DNA of 63,290 bases, the filler included, from Caldilineae bacterium (GTDB lineage Bacteria; Chloroflexota; Anaerolineae; DTLA01), in NCBI GenBank assembly GCA_037446815.1. It is 6 parts of 6 records of this genome, joined end to end, with 100 filler letters (N's around TTAATTAATTAA, not from the genome) between each part and the next. Parts side by side here need not be neighbours in the genome. Positions count along the whole stretch, not along the records: positions 31,945 to 42,434 come from JBBIHX010000100.1; positions 42,535 to 52,886 come from JBBIHX010000101.1; 4 more parts are not named here. One strand, given 5' to 3'. The notes under the pieces are model-generated. The model was not told the DNA's origin and searched no databases. It saw only the letters and a list, made by a program, of their open reading frames with translations. Below are positions 40,544-50,175 of the stretch, in pieces. Every line of letters begins with the position of its first letter. The stretch's first letter is position 1. A program made the position numbers and the translations under genes.

Positions 40544-41281
40544 TCAGTCCCCCTGTCGCGCCTCCGCGCACGCGGCCCGGACATACCGCTGCGTCCAGGG
40601 GCACGCCGCGATGCACGCGCCGCAGATGCCGATGCTCGGCTCTGCGCCGATGGCCGGGGCGAAGCGGCGCGTCGTCCGATAGCAAGCGTCGGCGTCCACC
40701 ATCGCCTCGCGGGGGAGTCCCGCGCGCCACAGCCCGCCCGCGATGGCCCCGCCCGGGCACGCCTCCACGCAGGCCGTGCACGCCCCGCAGCGGCTGGCGT
40801 CCACAGGCGCGGCGGGTTCCAGCGGCGCGTCGGTGAGCACCGACATGAGCCGCACCGCCGAGCCGTACTGCTCCGTAATCAGCAGGGCGCAGCGGCCGAT
40901 CCAGCCCAGGCCCGCCCGCGTGGCCACGGTCTTATGGGGCAAGGGCGTGTCGTACTGGCCGAACTCCACGCCTGCGACCGTCGCCGTGCCGAAGGTCGCC
41001 CGGTACCCCCATCCGCGCAGGGCTTCCGCAGCGAGCCGCGCGAGTTCCCCCAGCAGCGCGTTGGCGCGGTGGTACTCGGCGAGGTACTCCGGCGTGGGGC
41101 CGTGGCGGATGCCGGCGATGACGCGCGGGTTGAGGGGGACGGCGATGGAGACGGCGCGGGGCAGATCATGTCGCGCATGCGCCGCGATGCCCGACAGGTC
41201 GGCGAACCCCACCAGCCCCGCGCCCGACCCGAGGAGAAGAGTTATCAGCAGATCGCGTGGACAGTCGGCGCCGGTTGTCAT
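40544..41281 (-). CDS. epoxyqueuosine reductase-like 4Fe-4S protein
   Basis: HK.VA.RAGLGWIG, VLTDAPL, CGACTACVEACP and CGACIAACPW. Confidence 0.82.
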   Translation of the reverse strand: MTTGADCPRDLLITLLLGSGAGLVGFADLSGIAAHARHDLPRAVSIAVPLNPRVIAGIRHGPTPEYLAEYHRANALLGELARLAAEALRGWGYRATFGTATVAGVEFGQYDTPLPHKTVATRAGLGWIGRCALLITEQYGSAVRLMSVLTDAPLEPAAPVDASRCGACTACVEACPGGAIAGGLWRAGLPREAMVDADACYRTTRRFAPAIGAEPSIGICGACIAACPWTQRYVRAACAEARQGD

Positions 41282-41329
41282 TGTGTTTTCCCGATGCGCG
41301 TGCGGCAATAGTAGCACATGCGGCAAGTG

Positions 41330-41827
41330 CTATAGTTCGTTGAGAATCCTCATCACTTCGGCTTTCAGATGAGGGATATCTTCCGTTGCGGTTAGCCAGA
41401 CCTTCTCAATATCCACGCCGAAGTAGTCATGGATGAGTTTGTTGCGCATCCCGGCTATGTTTTGCCACGGTATGTGCGGGTGCGCCCTTATGCAATTCAT
41501 CAGGAATGTGTCGCACGGCTTCGCCGATGATCTCAAGTTGACGGATGACGGCATCTTGGACCATGCCGCGCTCATAGAAATCCGCCTCGGTAACGCCTGC
41601 GAGGATTCGGTTCCATTTTGTGTTGGTGAAACGCCTGGGCACTCTCCTCATGTGTCGTTGCGAGCGAAGCGAAGCAACCTCACGCCCCAGAGATTGCTTC
41701 GGGCGCTCCGCGCCCTCGCAATGACAAATACCAACAGACTTTGGAACCGAATCCCTGCGAGGTACGACTCCACCCTGGCAATGGCATCCCGTATGTGCTG
41801 CAAGTACACCGAGTCATCACGCTTCAT
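41330..41827 (-). pseudogene. DUF86/HepT-like HEPN toxin, disrupted by a MITE and a +1 frameshift
   Basis: Removing 41604-41753, one CCTGCGAG copy and one base at about 41486 restores a 112-aa MKRDDSVYLQHI...GMRNKLIHDYFGVD... protein with the RX4HXY motif. Confidence 0.9.
41604..41753. mobile_element. 150-bp MITE, TSD CCTGCGAG
   Basis: Ends GATTCGGTTCCATTTTGTGTTGG and CCAACAGACTTTGGAACCGAATC. TSD at 41596-41603 and 41754-41761. Confidence 0.93.
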
Positions 41828-42107
41828 AGATCACCTTGCGGTCGCGTTGGATACGGTCGCGCAAGTAGGGGCTGATGGATGCCTCCGTCAGCAAGTCCAC
41901 TTTCCGCCCGATGGCCGCAGACAACTGCCGCTCCAGCGCGACCAATGCGAGCAGACTCTTGCGCTTGGAGAACTCCACAAGCATGTCCACATCGCTTGCG
42001 GCCGTGGACTCGCCTCGCGCGACGGATCCGAAGACGGACAGCCGCGCAACGTCATTTCGGCGGCAGATTTCTATCAGTTCGTTGACATCAAAAGGCAGGC
42101 CAGCCAT
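41817..42107 (-). CDS. minimal nucleotidyltransferase (MNT/MntA-type antitoxin)
   Basis: FGSVARGE....SDVD (GSX10DXD) and GRKVDL; overlaps the HEPN start. Confidence 0.92.
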   Translation of the reverse strand: MAGLPFDVNELIEICRRNDVARLSVFGSVARGESTAASDVDMLVEFSKRKSLLALVALERQLSAAIGRKVDLLTEASISPYLRDRIQRDRKVIYEA

Positions 42108-42124
42108 GCATCTCTCCCACCGTC

Positions 42125-42153
42125 ATTGTACCCGCCGCGCGGCTTTGCGTCAA
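42125..42153 (-). promoter_or_regulatory. MNT-HEPN promoter
   Basis: Minus strand TTGACG(42153-42148)-17 nt-TACAAT(42130-42125). Confidence 0.75.
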
Positions 42154-42169
42154 TCTGCATGTGCGCTCG

Positions 42170-42434
42170 GACACGGCTCATCTTGTGTTGTTCCGTCCCA
42201 CACGCAGCCTTTCCATCTTCTGTCATGCCAGGCCGAAGACGGTACGCCCTCGCCCCTCGGGAGAGGGCCGGGGTGAGGGCCACGCCCCCTCGCCCTTCGG
42301 GAGAGGGCTGGGGTGAGGGCCACGCCCCCTCGCCCTTCGGGAGAGGGCTGGGGTGAGGGGAGGATTCTTCGGCGCCTCGCGCATCAGAATGACGGCTCTT
42401 GTAACCGCGAATAACACGAATCCACGCGAATAGG
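42170..42434. mobile_element. degenerate MITE (B end) with a 3x40-bp tandem hairpin array
   Basis: GACACGGCTCATCTTGTGTTG resembles the B end. CCCTCGCCCYTCGGGAGAGGGCYGGGGTGAGGG occurs three times with period 40 (42247-42359). Confidence 0.7.
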
Positions 42435-42780
42435 NNNNNNNNNNNNNNNNNNNNNNNNNNNNNNNNNNNNNNNNNNNNTTAATTAATTAANNNNNNNNNN
42501 NNNNNNNNNNNNNNNNNNNNNNNNNNNNNNNNNNTGCTCCCTCGCCCGCCGGGAGAGGGCTGGGGTGAGGGGTGCCTGCGATGCACCTCACTCTATCCGC
42601 ACTATCCGCGTTATTCGTGGATGCCGTCCTGCGAGTAGGGGGCGACGCATGCGTCGTCCCCTACGTGTGCAACCCTCATCCTGAGCGGCGAGGCCGCGCC
42701 ACACCTCACCCATCCGCGCCATCCGTGCATGCGCGCCGCGTACATGGCGTCTCTGTGGTAAATCGCTTGCCCTGGCGGGC

Positions 42781-42808
42781 TTGACCGCGCGCGGCGATTG
42801 GGTATACT
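42781..42808 (+). promoter_or_regulatory. UDG promoter
   Basis: TTGACC-16 nt-TATACT. Confidence 0.6.
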
Positions 42809-42860
42809 ACGGGTGTGCCTTTGGGAAACCCTTTCGTTCCGATGCATTGGGAGGCGTGCC

Positions 42861-43472
42861 GTGTCCGAGTTGACCCGCTTGTACGAGGAAGTCAGCCAAT
42901 GCCAGCGTTGCCCGCTAGGGCGATCCCGCACCCGCGCCGTCCCGGGCGAAGGCCCCGAAGACGCGCAGATTATGTTCATCGGGGAGGCGCCCGGGTTTCA
43001 CGAAGACCAGCAGGGACGGCCCTTTGTGGGAGCGGCGGGGCATTTCCTGGAGCAGTTGTTGGCCAGCATCAACCTGAAGCGGCGCGATGTGTACATCTGC
43101 AACGTCATCAAGTGTCGCCCGCCCGGCAACCGCGACCCGCTGCCCAATGAGATTGAGGCATGCGCCGAGTTCCTGGACAGGCAGATTGCCCTCATCAAGC
43201 CGCGCGTCATCGTAACGCTGGGGCGCTACTCCATGGCCAAGTACTTCCCCCAGGCGTCCATCAGCCGCGTCCACGGGCGGCCCCAGCGCGTCGGCAACGT
43301 CATCGTGCTGCCGTTGTACCACCCGGCGGCTGCGCTCCATCAGCCACGCTACAAGGCCGACATAGAGGAAGATTTCAAGAAAATCCCGTCGCTGCTGCAG
43401 GAATCCATGCCCACGGACGAGCCGCCCGCTTCTGCCGGGCCGGTGGAGGCCGAGCAATTGCGCCTGTTTTAG
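42861..43472 (+). CDS. uracil-DNA glycosylase family 4
   Basis: C..C, GEAPG..ED..G.PFVG, KCRPP.NR and HPAA motifs. GTG start after GGAGG. Confidence 0.94.
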   Translation: MSELTRLYEEVSQCQRCPLGRSRTRAVPGEGPEDAQIMFIGEAPGFHEDQQGRPFVGAAGHFLEQLLASINLKRRDVYICNVIKCRPPGNRDPLPNEIEACAEFLDRQIALIKPRVIVTLGRYSMAKYFPQASISRVHGRPQRVGNVIVLPLYHPAAALHQPRYKADIEEDFKKIPSLLQESMPTDEPPASAGPVEAEQLRLF

Positions 43473-43622
43473 GTTTCGGTTCCAAAGTCTGTTGGTAGCC
43501 GTCATTGCGAGGGCACGCAGTGCCCGAAGCAATCTCCGGGGCGTGGGATTGCTTCGCTTCGCTCGCAATGACACACGGGTAGTGTACGCCTGCGGTTCAC
43601 CAACACAAGATGAAACCGAATC
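43473..43622. mobile_element. 150-bp MITE, TSD TGTTTTAG (includes the UDG stop codon)
   Basis: TSD at 43465-43472 and 43623-43630; sequence closely matches the 3001-3150 copy. Confidence 0.92.
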
Positions 43623-43823
43623 TGTTTTAGCAGTTCGCACATTTGTGCTATAATTGGGCACGATGTTTGAACTCTTGTGTTTTGGCCGATCTCGCGGCAG
43701 CCTTGCTCACCGTAGAGACACAGAGAACGCTGAGCATAGTCTAGGCTCCGTGCCCTCTGCGCCTCCGCGGTGTGTTTCTGCTCACATGAAAACGGAAACT
43801 GCAAAGATAGTAACATAGGGGAG

Positions 43824-46052
43824 ATGGCGAAGACGGGCAAGAGCAAGAAACGAAAACCCTCCACGGCGCTCCGCTTCCGGGGCGAGGTTGTCGGGCTGCT
43901 TCTCGTCGCCCTCGCCCTCGTAACGCTGCTCAGCATCATCTCGGTGAGCCAGGGCAGCATCACGGAGACGTGGCTCAACCTGCTGTTCCTGACGTTCGGG
44001 TACGGCGCCTACGCGACGCCTTTCGGCTTCGGCGCGGCGGGCCTGTGGCTGATTCTCAAGAGCATTGGCCGCGAGCCGGAGGTGGAGCCGGAGAAGCCGC
44101 TGGGTGTTGTGGTGCTGTTCCTGCTGACGGTCGCCGTGCTGCACATGCTCCCCTCGGCGGTGCCCCCGCGCCAACTGGCCGCCAGCGGCAACGGCGGCGG
44201 CTACCTCGGGTGGCTCCTCAGCCAGGCGCTCATCCGCGGGTTGGGCGGGGTGGGCGCGTGGATTGCGGCCATCGCGGGCCTGCTGGTCGGCGTGCTGATG
44301 ACGGCGGGCGTCTCGCTGGCGGAGATGGCCTCCTTTGTGCGGCAGGTAATAGAGCGCGTGCGCAGGGGCAAGGCTCCGCCGTACTCCATCAACGATGGGA
44401 GGGCCGCGGCAGGGCCGCCCGCGGAGCCGGTGGCCGAGCCTGCACCCGCTCCCGCGCGGGCCGCCGAACCCGCGCCGAAGCCTGTGATCATCGGCGGCGA
44501 AGGCACGCAACCGGCGCGACCCACGGGGCCGCTGTTCCCCCGCATCATCGGCGGGGCGCAGAAGTGGGAACTGCCCAAGATCGCCGATATCCTGGAGCAG
44601 AACGTAGAGATTGAAATCAGCCAGTCGGAGATTCGCGAGCGGGTTCGCATCATTGAGGAGACCCTGGCGAGTTTCGGCGTGCCGGCCCGCGTGATAGAGG
44701 TCAACCAGGGGCCTACCGTTACGCAGTTCGGCGTAGAACCGGGCTACGTGGAGCGCAAGGACGAACGGGGCCAGGTGCGCAAGTCCAAGATCAAGGTCAG
44801 CAAGATTAGCGCGCTGGCCAACGATTTGGCGCTTGCTCTGGCGGCCAGCCCCATCCGCATTGAGGCGCCGGTCCCCGGCCGCTCCATCGTTGGGATAGAG
44901 GTGCCCAACGGGCAGACCTCGCTGGTGGGGCTGCGCGGCGTGATGGAGTCCGAGCCGTTTCGCAGCATGACGTCCAAACTGCGCATCGCGCTGGGGCAAG
45001 ATGTGTCGGGGCAGCCGGTGGTGGCCGATTTGGCCGCCATGCCCCACCTGCTCATCGCCGGAGCGACCGGTTCGGGCAAGTCGGTGTGCATCAACTCCAT
45101 CATCGCCTGTCTTCTGCTCAACAACACGCCTGACGATTTGCGCCTCATCATGGTAGACCCCAAGATGGTGGAATTGGTGCCGTTCAACGGCGTGCCGCAC
45201 CTGCTGTCGCCGGTGGTGGTGGATTTGGAGCGGGTGGTCGGCGTGCTGAAGTGGACGACCCGCGAGATGGATCGCCGCTACAAACTCTTCTCCAAGGCGG
45301 GCGCGCGCCATCTGGATGCCTACAACCGCATGGCGGCCTCCCGCGGCGAAAAGCCGTTACCCTACATCGTGGTCATCATTGACGAACTGGCCGACCTGAT
45401 GATGGTGTCGCCGGAAGAGGTGGAGCGGTCTATCTGTCGTATCGCGCAGATGGCGCGGGCTACCGGCATTCATCTGGTCATCGCCACGCAGCGCCCATCG
45501 GTGGATGTGGTAACCGGCCTCATCAAGGCCAATTTCCCCGCGCGCATCTCGTTCGCCGTAACGTCGCAGGTGGATTCGCGCGTTATTCTGGACACGCCCG
45601 GGGCCGAGAAACTGCTGGGGCGCGGCGACATGCTGTTCATGTCGCCCGATTCCAGCAAGTTGCAGCGGTTGCAGGGATGCTTCGTCTCCGATGCGGAACT
45701 GACCCGCCTGGTGAATCACTGGAAGGGGATGCACGCGGTGAGCGAACCCCAGCCCGCCGAAGTGGTGCAGCCGTCGCTGTGGGGCGACATGGAGCCGGTC
45801 CAGGTCGGGGCCGAGGGCGAGGGGGACGAGGATGCGCTGCTGGAGCGGGCGATACAGGAGGTGCGCGCGGCCAATCGGGCGTCCATATCCCTGCTCCAGC
45901 GGCGGTTGCGCATCGGGTACTCGCGCGCGGCCAGGCTGATTGACATTTTGGAAGAAAAGGGTATCATAGGGCCGGAGGAGGGCCCGGCGCGAACCCGCCG
46001 AGTGCTGGTAGGGGGTAGCGGAGACACCCTCCCGCCGCTTGACAGCGAATAG
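43824..46052 (+). CDS. ftsK: DNA translocase FtsK
   Basis: N-terminal TM segments, RIEAPVPG, AGATGSGKS, DELADLM, ATQRPSVD and a gamma domain (LQRRLRIGYSRAAR). Confidence 0.96.
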   Translation: MAKTGKSKKRKPSTALRFRGEVVGLLLVALALVTLLSIISVSQGSITETWLNLLFLTFGYGAYATPFGFGAAGLWLILKSIGREPEVEPEKPLGVVVLFLLTVAVLHMLPSAVPPRQLAASGNGGGYLGWLLSQALIRGLGGVGAWIAAIAGLLVGVLMTAGVSLAEMASFVRQVIERVRRGKAPPYSINDGRAAAGPPAEPVAEPAPAPARAAEPAPKPVIIGGEGTQPARPTGPLFPRIIGGAQKWELPKIADILEQNVEIEISQSEIRERVRIIEETLASFGVPARVIEVNQGPTVTQFGVEPGYVERKDERGQVRKSKIKVSKISALANDLALALAASPIRIEAPVPGRSIVGIEVPNGQTSLVGLRGVMESEPFRSMTSKLRIALGQDVSGQPVVADLAAMPHLLIAGATGSGKSVCINSIIACLLLNNTPDDLRLIMVDPKMVELVPFNGVPHLLSPVVVDLERVVGVLKWTTREMDRRYKLFSKAGARHLDAYNRMAASRGEKPLPYIVVIIDELADLMMVSPEEVERSICRIAQMARATGIHLVIATQRPSVDVVTGLIKANFPARISFAVTSQVDSRVILDTPGAEKLLGRGDMLFMSPDSSKLQRLQGCFVSDAELTRLVNHWKGMHAVSEPQPAEVVQPSLWGDMEPVQVGAEGEGDEDALLERAIQEVRAANRASISLLQRRLRIGYSRAARLIDILEEKGIIGPEEGPARTRRVLVGGSGDTLPPLDSE

Positions 46053-46067
46053 GGCCGCTGATATAAT
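46039..46067 (+). promoter_or_regulatory. consensus promoter of the ABC operon
   Basis: TTGACA(46039-46044)-17 nt-TATAAT(46062-46067), overlapping the ftsK 3' end. Confidence 0.8.
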
Positions 46068-46104
46068 CGCGCTGCGCATGCACGAGCACGCGCAACCCGT
46101 TGGC

Positions 46105-46298
46105 GAGTCGGTTCCAGAGTCTGATGGTAACCGTCATTGCGAGGGCGCGGGACGCCCGAAGCAATCCCTGGGAACTGTCATTCTGAGCGGCGAAGCCGCG
46201 AAGAATCTCGCTGACCGAGATGCTTCGCCTTCGGCTCAGCATGACAGAGAGAGGGAAGGCGGTGCATGGGGCAGACCAACGCAGTTTGGGGCCGAATC
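46105..46298. mobile_element. 194-bp hybrid MITE, TSD CCGTTGGC/CAGTTGGC (7/8)
   Basis: Starts GAGTCGGTTCCAGAGTCTG, ends GCCGAATC, and carries both cargo types. Confidence 0.82.
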
Positions 46299-46497
46299 CA
46301 GTTGGCGGTGGGGCGTCTAGAACGCAAGACCGAGGTTGTCCCATTCTGGTTTCTGACAAGCGTTCCTCGTACCTTCCACTTGCGAATATGGGCAACGCAT
46401 AGAAAGGAGGTGAAGACCAGAGCAGAGGTTTTTGCCAGGAACATCGTGAGTACAGAAATCCCCAGAACATACTCTTTAGTTTAGGGAGGAGAAAGAC

Positions 46498-48468
46498 ATG
46501 CGTAACCGTGCGTTTGCTGCACTGAGCATCTTGCTCATCCTGTCCATGGTGCTGGTGGCGTGTGGTGCCAAACCGACCCCCACCGCGCCCGCTCCGTATC
46601 AGGCGAAGCCGACCCCCACGCCGGAGCCGACAACTCCGCCGCCCCCGCCCGCCATCGGGACCGAAGCGCAGCCGCTGACGATGGTCTTCGTGCCGTCGGG
46701 CGACACGCAGAAGATTCTGGCCGGCGCGGAGAAACTGGACAAACTCATCAAGGAGAAGACCGGCCTGGTAACCAAGTCCAGCGTCGCCACGTCCTATGCG
46801 GCGGTGATTGAGGGCATGGGCGCCGAGAAGATTGACATCGGCTGGCTGGCCCCGCTGTCCTACGTCCTGGCCAAGGACAAGTACGACGTGCAGTTGCTGC
46901 TCATCACGATGCGCTACGGCTCGGCCACCTACAAGGGCCAGATCAACATCCGGGCCGATTCGGGCATCAAGACGCTGCAGGACCTGAAGGGCAAGAAGTT
47001 CGCCTTCACCGACCCGGTCTCCACGTCGGGGTATCTGTATCCCTACGCCCTGTTCAAGAAGAACGGGATTGACCCGGCCAAGGACTTCGCCGAGACCGTC
47101 TTCACCGGCGGGCACACGGCGGCCGTGCTGGCCGTGTACAATGGGCAGGTGGACGCGTCGGCGTCCTACGATGATGCCCGCGGCACCCTGGCCAGTTCCT
47201 ATCCGGACATCAAGGACAAGGTGGCCGTCCTGGCGTACACCGACGAGATCCCCAACGACACCGTGTCCGTCCGCAAGGGCCTGCCCGAGGATGTGGTGGC
47301 CAAGTTGAAGCAGGGCCTGTTGGACATCGCCCAGACCGACGAAGGCAAGGCCGTCCTCCAGGAGATTTACGAGATCGGCGGCCTGACCGAGGGCACCGAT
47401 GCCATGTTTGACCCCATCCGCCAGACGGCGACAGCCCTGGGCATTGAACTGTCCAACTGGAAGGGCGCGTCGGTTCCGTTCAAGGTGGGCCAGGTTACCG
47501 ACACGGGCGGCATTGACGACAAGTCCTTCAACGCCACGGCCTGGAAGGGCGTTGAGGACGCGACGAAGAAACTGTTCGTGGAAGGCAAGTACCTGGAGTC
47601 CCAGCAGCAGGCCGACTACGCCAAGAACATCACCGAGTTCCTGCAGCAGAAGTACGACCTCATCATCACGGTGGGCTTCTTGCTGGGCGTGGACACGGCG
47701 AAGTTCGCCAAGGAGAACCCGAACGTCAAGTTCGCCATCGTGGACTACGCGTATCCCGACTGCTGGCCGGGCGCGGTTGTGGGCAAGGACTGCGGCTCGG
47801 ATACGCCCATCCCGAACGTGCGCGGCCTGACGTTCAAGACGGACGAGGCGGCGTTCCTGGCCGGCTACGTGGCGGCTGCCATGACCAAGACCGGCAAGGT
47901 GGGCACCTTCGGCGGCATGAAGATCCCGACCGTTACCATCTTCATGGATGGGTTTGAGTACGGCGTGAAGTACTACAACGAGAAGCACGGCACCAAGGTG
48001 CAGGTGCTCGGTTGGGACTCGGCCAAGCAGGAAGGCACCTTCACCAACGACTTCAGTGACGTCCAGAAGGGCCGCCAGACGGGTGAGTCGCTCTTTGACG
48101 AGGGCTGCGACATCGTCATGCCGGTGGCCGGGCCTGTGGGCCTGGGCGCGGCGGCAGTGGCAAAGGAGCGCGGCCTGATGATCATCGGCGTGGACACCGA
48201 CTGGTACATCAGCGCGCCCGAGTACAAGGAGACCTACCTGACCAGCGTCCTGAAGAACATGGACGTGGCCGTGTACGACACCATCAACTCCGTGGTCAAG
48301 GGCACCTTCAAGGGCGGCGAGAACTATGTCGGCACGCTCAAGAACAAGGGCGTGGGCATCGCGCCGTTCCACGACTACGAGAGCAAGATCCCCGCGGGCC
48401 TGACCGACGAACTGAAGCAGATCACCGACGACATCATCGCCGGCAAGATCAAGACCAGCCCGCAATAG
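46498..48468 (+). CDS. lipoprotein with fused PhnD-like and BMP-family substrate-binding domains
   Basis: LVAC lipobox, Pro/Thr linker, PhnD-like domain (FVPS, STSGY, GGH, IPND) at about 46663-47460, and a BMP domain (TDTGGIDDKSFN, FLAGY.AA, IGVDTD, TSVLK) at about 47479-48465. Confidence 0.88.
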   Translation: MRNRAFAALSILLILSMVLVACGAKPTPTAPAPYQAKPTPTPEPTTPPPPPAIGTEAQPLTMVFVPSGDTQKILAGAEKLDKLIKEKTGLVTKSSVATSYAAVIEGMGAEKIDIGWLAPLSYVLAKDKYDVQLLLITMRYGSATYKGQINIRADSGIKTLQDLKGKKFAFTDPVSTSGYLYPYALFKKNGIDPAKDFAETVFTGGHTAAVLAVYNGQVDASASYDDARGTLASSYPDIKDKVAVLAYTDEIPNDTVSVRKGLPEDVVAKLKQGLLDIAQTDEGKAVLQEIYEIGGLTEGTDAMFDPIRQTATALGIELSNWKGASVPFKVGQVTDTGGIDDKSFNATAWKGVEDATKKLFVEGKYLESQQQADYAKNITEFLQQKYDLIITVGFLLGVDTAKFAKENPNVKFAIVDYAYPDCWPGAVVGKDCGSDTPIPNVRGLTFKTDEAAFLAGYVAAAMTKTGKVGTFGGMKIPTVTIFMDGFEYGVKYYNEKHGTKVQVLGWDSAKQEGTFTNDFSDVQKGRQTGESLFDEGCDIVMPVAGPVGLGAAAVAKERGLMIIGVDTDWYISAPEYKETYLTSVLKNMDVAVYDTINSVVKGTFKGGENYVGTLKNKGVGIAPFHDYESKIPAGLTDELKQITDDIIAGKIKTSPQ

Positions 48469-48482
48469 ACATGTTGGGAATC

Positions 48483-48517
48483 GCGGTTGGGCGGCGCGGC
48501 CTGCGTCGCCCAACCGC
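48483..48517. repeat. intercistronic hairpin
   Basis: GCGGTTGGGCGGCGC...GCGTCGCCCAACCGC between the binding-protein and ATPase genes. Confidence 0.65.
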
Positions 48518-48581
48518 ATGTGGAGACAAACTGAACAAGCCGACAGCGCCGTCGTGCGAATTCACATAGGCAAGGAGAGAC

Positions 48582-50150
48582 ATGGCCCCTGTCCTTGAGT
48601 TGCGAGGAATTACCAAGGCGTTTCCGGGCGTGCTGGCCAACGACCACATTGACTTGACGCTGGAAGAAGGGGAGATTCTCGCCTTGTTGGGCGAGAACGG
48701 CGCCGGCAAGACGACGTTGATGAACATCCTGTACGGATTGTATCAACCTGATGCCGGCGAAATCTTTGTCCGCGGCAAGAAGGCCGAGATTCACCAACCC
48801 AACGACGCCATCCGCCTGGGCATCGGCATGGTGCACCAGCACTTCATGCTCGTACCCGTCTTCACCGTTACCGAGAACGTGATGCTGGGCGTGGAGTCCA
48901 TGCGGTATGGGCTATTCCTGGACCGCAGGCGGGCCGCCGCGAAAGTCCGCGAAATCTCAGACCAGTACAAACTGGAAGTGAATCCCGATGACTACATCAA
49001 GGACTTGCCCGTGGGCGTGCAGCAGCGCGTGGAAATCATCAAAGTGCTGTACCGCAAGGCAGACATCTTGATTCTGGACGAACCCACCGCCGTGCTCACG
49101 CCGCAAGAGGTGGAGGAATTATTCAAAATCATCCGTTCCTTGAAGGCGCAAGGCAAGTCCATCATCTTCATCACCCACAAGTTGAAGGAGGTCATGGCCA
49201 TTGCGGACCGCATCACGGTGCTGCGCCAGGGCCGGGCCGTGGGCACTACGACGCCCGCCGAGGCCACCATGGAGCGCCTCGCGCAGATGATGGTGGGCCG
49301 CGAAGTGGAATTGGTGGTGAAGAAGAAGGAAGCCAAGCCGGGCGACGTGGTGCTGGACGTGGAGAACCTGCACGTGCTGGACCACCGCGGGAACCCGGCG
49401 GTGCGCGGCGTTACGTTCACCGTGCGCGCCGGCGAGGTGCTGGGCGTGGCCGGCGTGCAAGGCAACGGGCAGACCGAACTGGTGCGCGCGCTCACGGGTC
49501 TCCTGCGCCCGGAGACGGGGCACATCCGCATCAACGGCCAGGACGTTACCCATGCGTCGCCGCGCGAAATCCTGGAGCAGGGCGTGGCCCATGTGCCCGA
49601 AGACCGCCAGAAGGATGGCCTCATTCTGAAGTACCCCGTGCACGACAACCTCGTGCTGAATACCTACTACCTCCCGCCATTTGCCAAGGGGCTCAACCTT
49701 CAGTTCCGGGAAATCTACAATGCCGCCGCGGAGCGCGCCTATCAGTTTGACATTCGCACGCCCAACATCTATGTGCCCGTGGCTACACTGTCGGGCGGCA
49801 ACCAGCAGAAGACCATCGTGGCGCGGGAGTTCAGCCGCCCCATTCGGCTGCTCATCGCGTCGCAGCCCACCCGCGGGCTGGACGTGGGCTCCATTGAGTA
49901 CATCCACCAGCGGATTGTGCAGAAGCGAGACGAGGGGTGCGCGGTGCTCCTCGTGTCGCCGGAACTGGACGAGATTCTGGCGCTTTCGGACCGCATCGCG
50001 GTCATGTACAGGGGGCAGTTCGTGGCGATTCTCCCCGCCGCCGAGGCGACCCGCCAGCGCTTGGGGCTTCTGATGGCCGGCGTGAGCGCGGCGGAAGTCG
50101 CGGCAGCGGAAGCGGCCCCCGCGGCAGTAGAAGAGAATCCCGCTTTGTGA
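48582..50150 (+). CDS. CUT2/nucleoside ABC transporter ATPase (tandem NBD)
   Basis: GENGAGKT, GMVHQHF, DEPTAVL, LSGGNQQK and QPTRGLD motifs. Confidence 0.95.
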   Translation: MAPVLELRGITKAFPGVLANDHIDLTLEEGEILALLGENGAGKTTLMNILYGLYQPDAGEIFVRGKKAEIHQPNDAIRLGIGMVHQHFMLVPVFTVTENVMLGVESMRYGLFLDRRRAAAKVREISDQYKLEVNPDDYIKDLPVGVQQRVEIIKVLYRKADILILDEPTAVLTPQEVEELFKIIRSLKAQGKSIIFITHKLKEVMAIADRITVLRQGRAVGTTTPAEATMERLAQMMVGREVELVVKKKEAKPGDVVLDVENLHVLDHRGNPAVRGVTFTVRAGEVLGVAGVQGNGQTELVRALTGLLRPETGHIRINGQDVTHASPREILEQGVAHVPEDRQKDGLILKYPVHDNLVLNTYYLPPFAKGLNLQFREIYNAAAERAYQFDIRTPNIYVPVATLSGGNQQKTIVAREFSRPIRLLIASQPTRGLDVGSIEYIHQRIVQKRDEGCAVLLVSPELDEILALSDRIAVMYRGQFVAILPAAEATRQRLGLLMAGVSAAEVAAAEAAPAAVEENPAL

Positions 50151-50175
50151 ACCTCCCGGATGTGAGGAGAGAGAC

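Noticed and set aside
46366..46400. Purine riboswitch (CTCGTA...AATATGG)
   Set aside because: The GTTTCTAC junction and the P3/CCGTAAA elements do not follow in the required order.
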